NCBI GenBank assembly: GCA_036172245.1 | Contig: JAYWIR010000017.1 | Coordinates: 2,108,001 to 2,172,000, forward strand | Direction: 5' to 3' | DNA: 64,000 nucleotides | Source: Raillietiella orientalis | Taxonomy: Eukaryota | In this document: positions 62,761 through 64,000 of the stretch, piece by piece | Position numbering within the stretch: the stretch's first letter is position 1 | Layout of the letters: each line of letters opens with the position of its first letter | Program-made: the position numbers and the translations under genes | The notes under the pieces: model-generated | What the model saw: the letters and a program-made list of their open reading frames with translations, nothing else | What the model was told of the DNA's origin: nothing | Databases searched by the model: none

Positions 62761-64000
62761 TATCCTACAATGCACCAAGAATGGCAAACCTTGAAGTGGG
62801 TCATAGAGTTTCCAAACAACAAAAAGATGGAAATCCTGGCCGCGATGTTCCAGCGAACTGCAGATGTTACAGTCCCATGTTCAGAACGACCATCGCCCTA
62901 TTCACCTCCATCCTTATACAAAAGTGGAAGATGAGGAACGCTAGGATAGCCACATCTCCCCTGAGAATCCTGAAAAGAATTATCCAAAGGGAGATCGGTA
63001 TCAGGAATTGTGGAAGAGGTTTGTCCTGGACGTACCACTACATCCTGAAAAGGATTGATGCCATCGTCCAAGCACACCCAGCGCCCAGTCTCCCCTAGTG
63101 CAAAACCTTAGTGTAGTGCAGTGACCCAAAGAAGTGAAATGAACATCCAACAGAGAAAAAATTTAGTAAATCCGTGCCCTCTGTTGAAGTAAATGCGTTT
63201 TGTAGTATGAATGGAAAATAAATTTACCCATCCTTCTAGGGATTGGGAAAAGCGAGGAAGACCTGAAGACCCTTATACTGCTGATAGGGAACGAACGCTA
63301 GGAAGTGAACTGCAAAAGGTCAGAACTCACCCAGTGTCTTTTTCGTACACAGTTGAGCATTTGGAGGCCGCAGAGTTTTCCTTTTCACGGAAAATCGGTC
63401 TTTCGTCCTCCATTTGAAAAACATCCAGTCGGGCATGTCCGACGGCGATGTGATTGCGGCTCTGGAGGACCACACCAGCGTGCACGTCCTTTTGCGAAGA
63501 GGGAATCTTTGGAAGAGTTTCTCATCCACGTACAACGGGTTTGCTGCGGCGCGCGTTTCCGCCAAAACGGAAAAAAATCCCCATGAACTGGAGATCGACG
63601 GAACAAACGTCGAACTCCGGTTTGTGGGAAAGTTCAAAGTTTGCGGCGAGTGAGGCGAAGCGGGTCACCTCAAGAGGAGCTGCCCGAAGATTGAGTGCAG
63701 AGGCTACAAGCAACTTAGGCACATACGGGGGGCGTGCTCTGCACTCGCAGCAAAGGCTTCTTGCCTTAACAGCAAACAAACCGTGACCCGCGACGCGACC
63801 TTCCCGTTAAAAAAGGCCTCTTCAGAAGCAAGAATCTCCCCTGGAAATGATTGAGGTGGCCTGGAAGGCAAAGAGCGAGCGTCGTGGCGAGCTGCTCCTA
63901 ATAAGCAAGAAACAAACTCCATACACGAAAAAGGAGAAAAGCGCGTCTATCTCAGGCAAAGACCAGGTGGTGCGTCGTTCTGCACCGCCCTTGAGGAAAT
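62761..64000. repeat. Right arm of the long inverted repeat (partner 7677-8916); contains decayed APE and ORF1 zinc-knuckle fragments on the plus strand
   Basis: Apparently identical to the reverse complement of 7677-8916, including the TGA in the first knuckle (63651-63653). It runs off the end of the window. Confidence 0.97.

Noticed and set aside
60760..62787. 675-aa ORF as an active ORF2, or as a bacterial RT system (retron, group II intron, DGR)
   Set aside because: The motifs and zf-RVT are of non-LTR L1/Tx1 type. The endonuclease is missing, the first ~9 residues come from flanking DNA, and the C-terminus is frameshifted.

Overview
Eukaryotic, most likely metazoan, genomic DNA with short spliceosomal GT-AG introns (many about 38-60 nt). 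I cannot identify the organism; a compact-genome invertebrate is an inference. The window has three blocks. (1) About 420-13270 is GC-rich. It holds an unidentified multi-exon plus-strand gene (~1652-5210) followed by a pile-up of decayed L1/Tx1-like non-LTR retrotransposon fragments. (2) About 13300-58900 is AT-rich and dominated by one long minus-strand exon chain. From 5' to 3' it encodes a signal peptide, a hemicentin/VWA7-like VWA domain with the adjoining hemicentin-like region, one Ig domain, about 39 single-exon ~30-38 aa Cys-rich modules all bounded by phase-1 introns, one EGF domain, a transmembrane helix and a short tail. Two VWA exons carry frame-disrupting micro-insertions, and the introns contain DNA-transposon remnants (pogo, hAT, MITE). 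A piggyBac remnant lies just upstream of the gene. (3) 58925-64000 is GC-rich again, with nested L1/Tx1 pieces. Bases 62761-64000 are an apparently identical inverted copy of 7677-8916. The main candidate novelty is the cassette-exon array in a membrane-anchored hemicentin-headed protein. All splice models and homologies were read by eye, and no database search was run.
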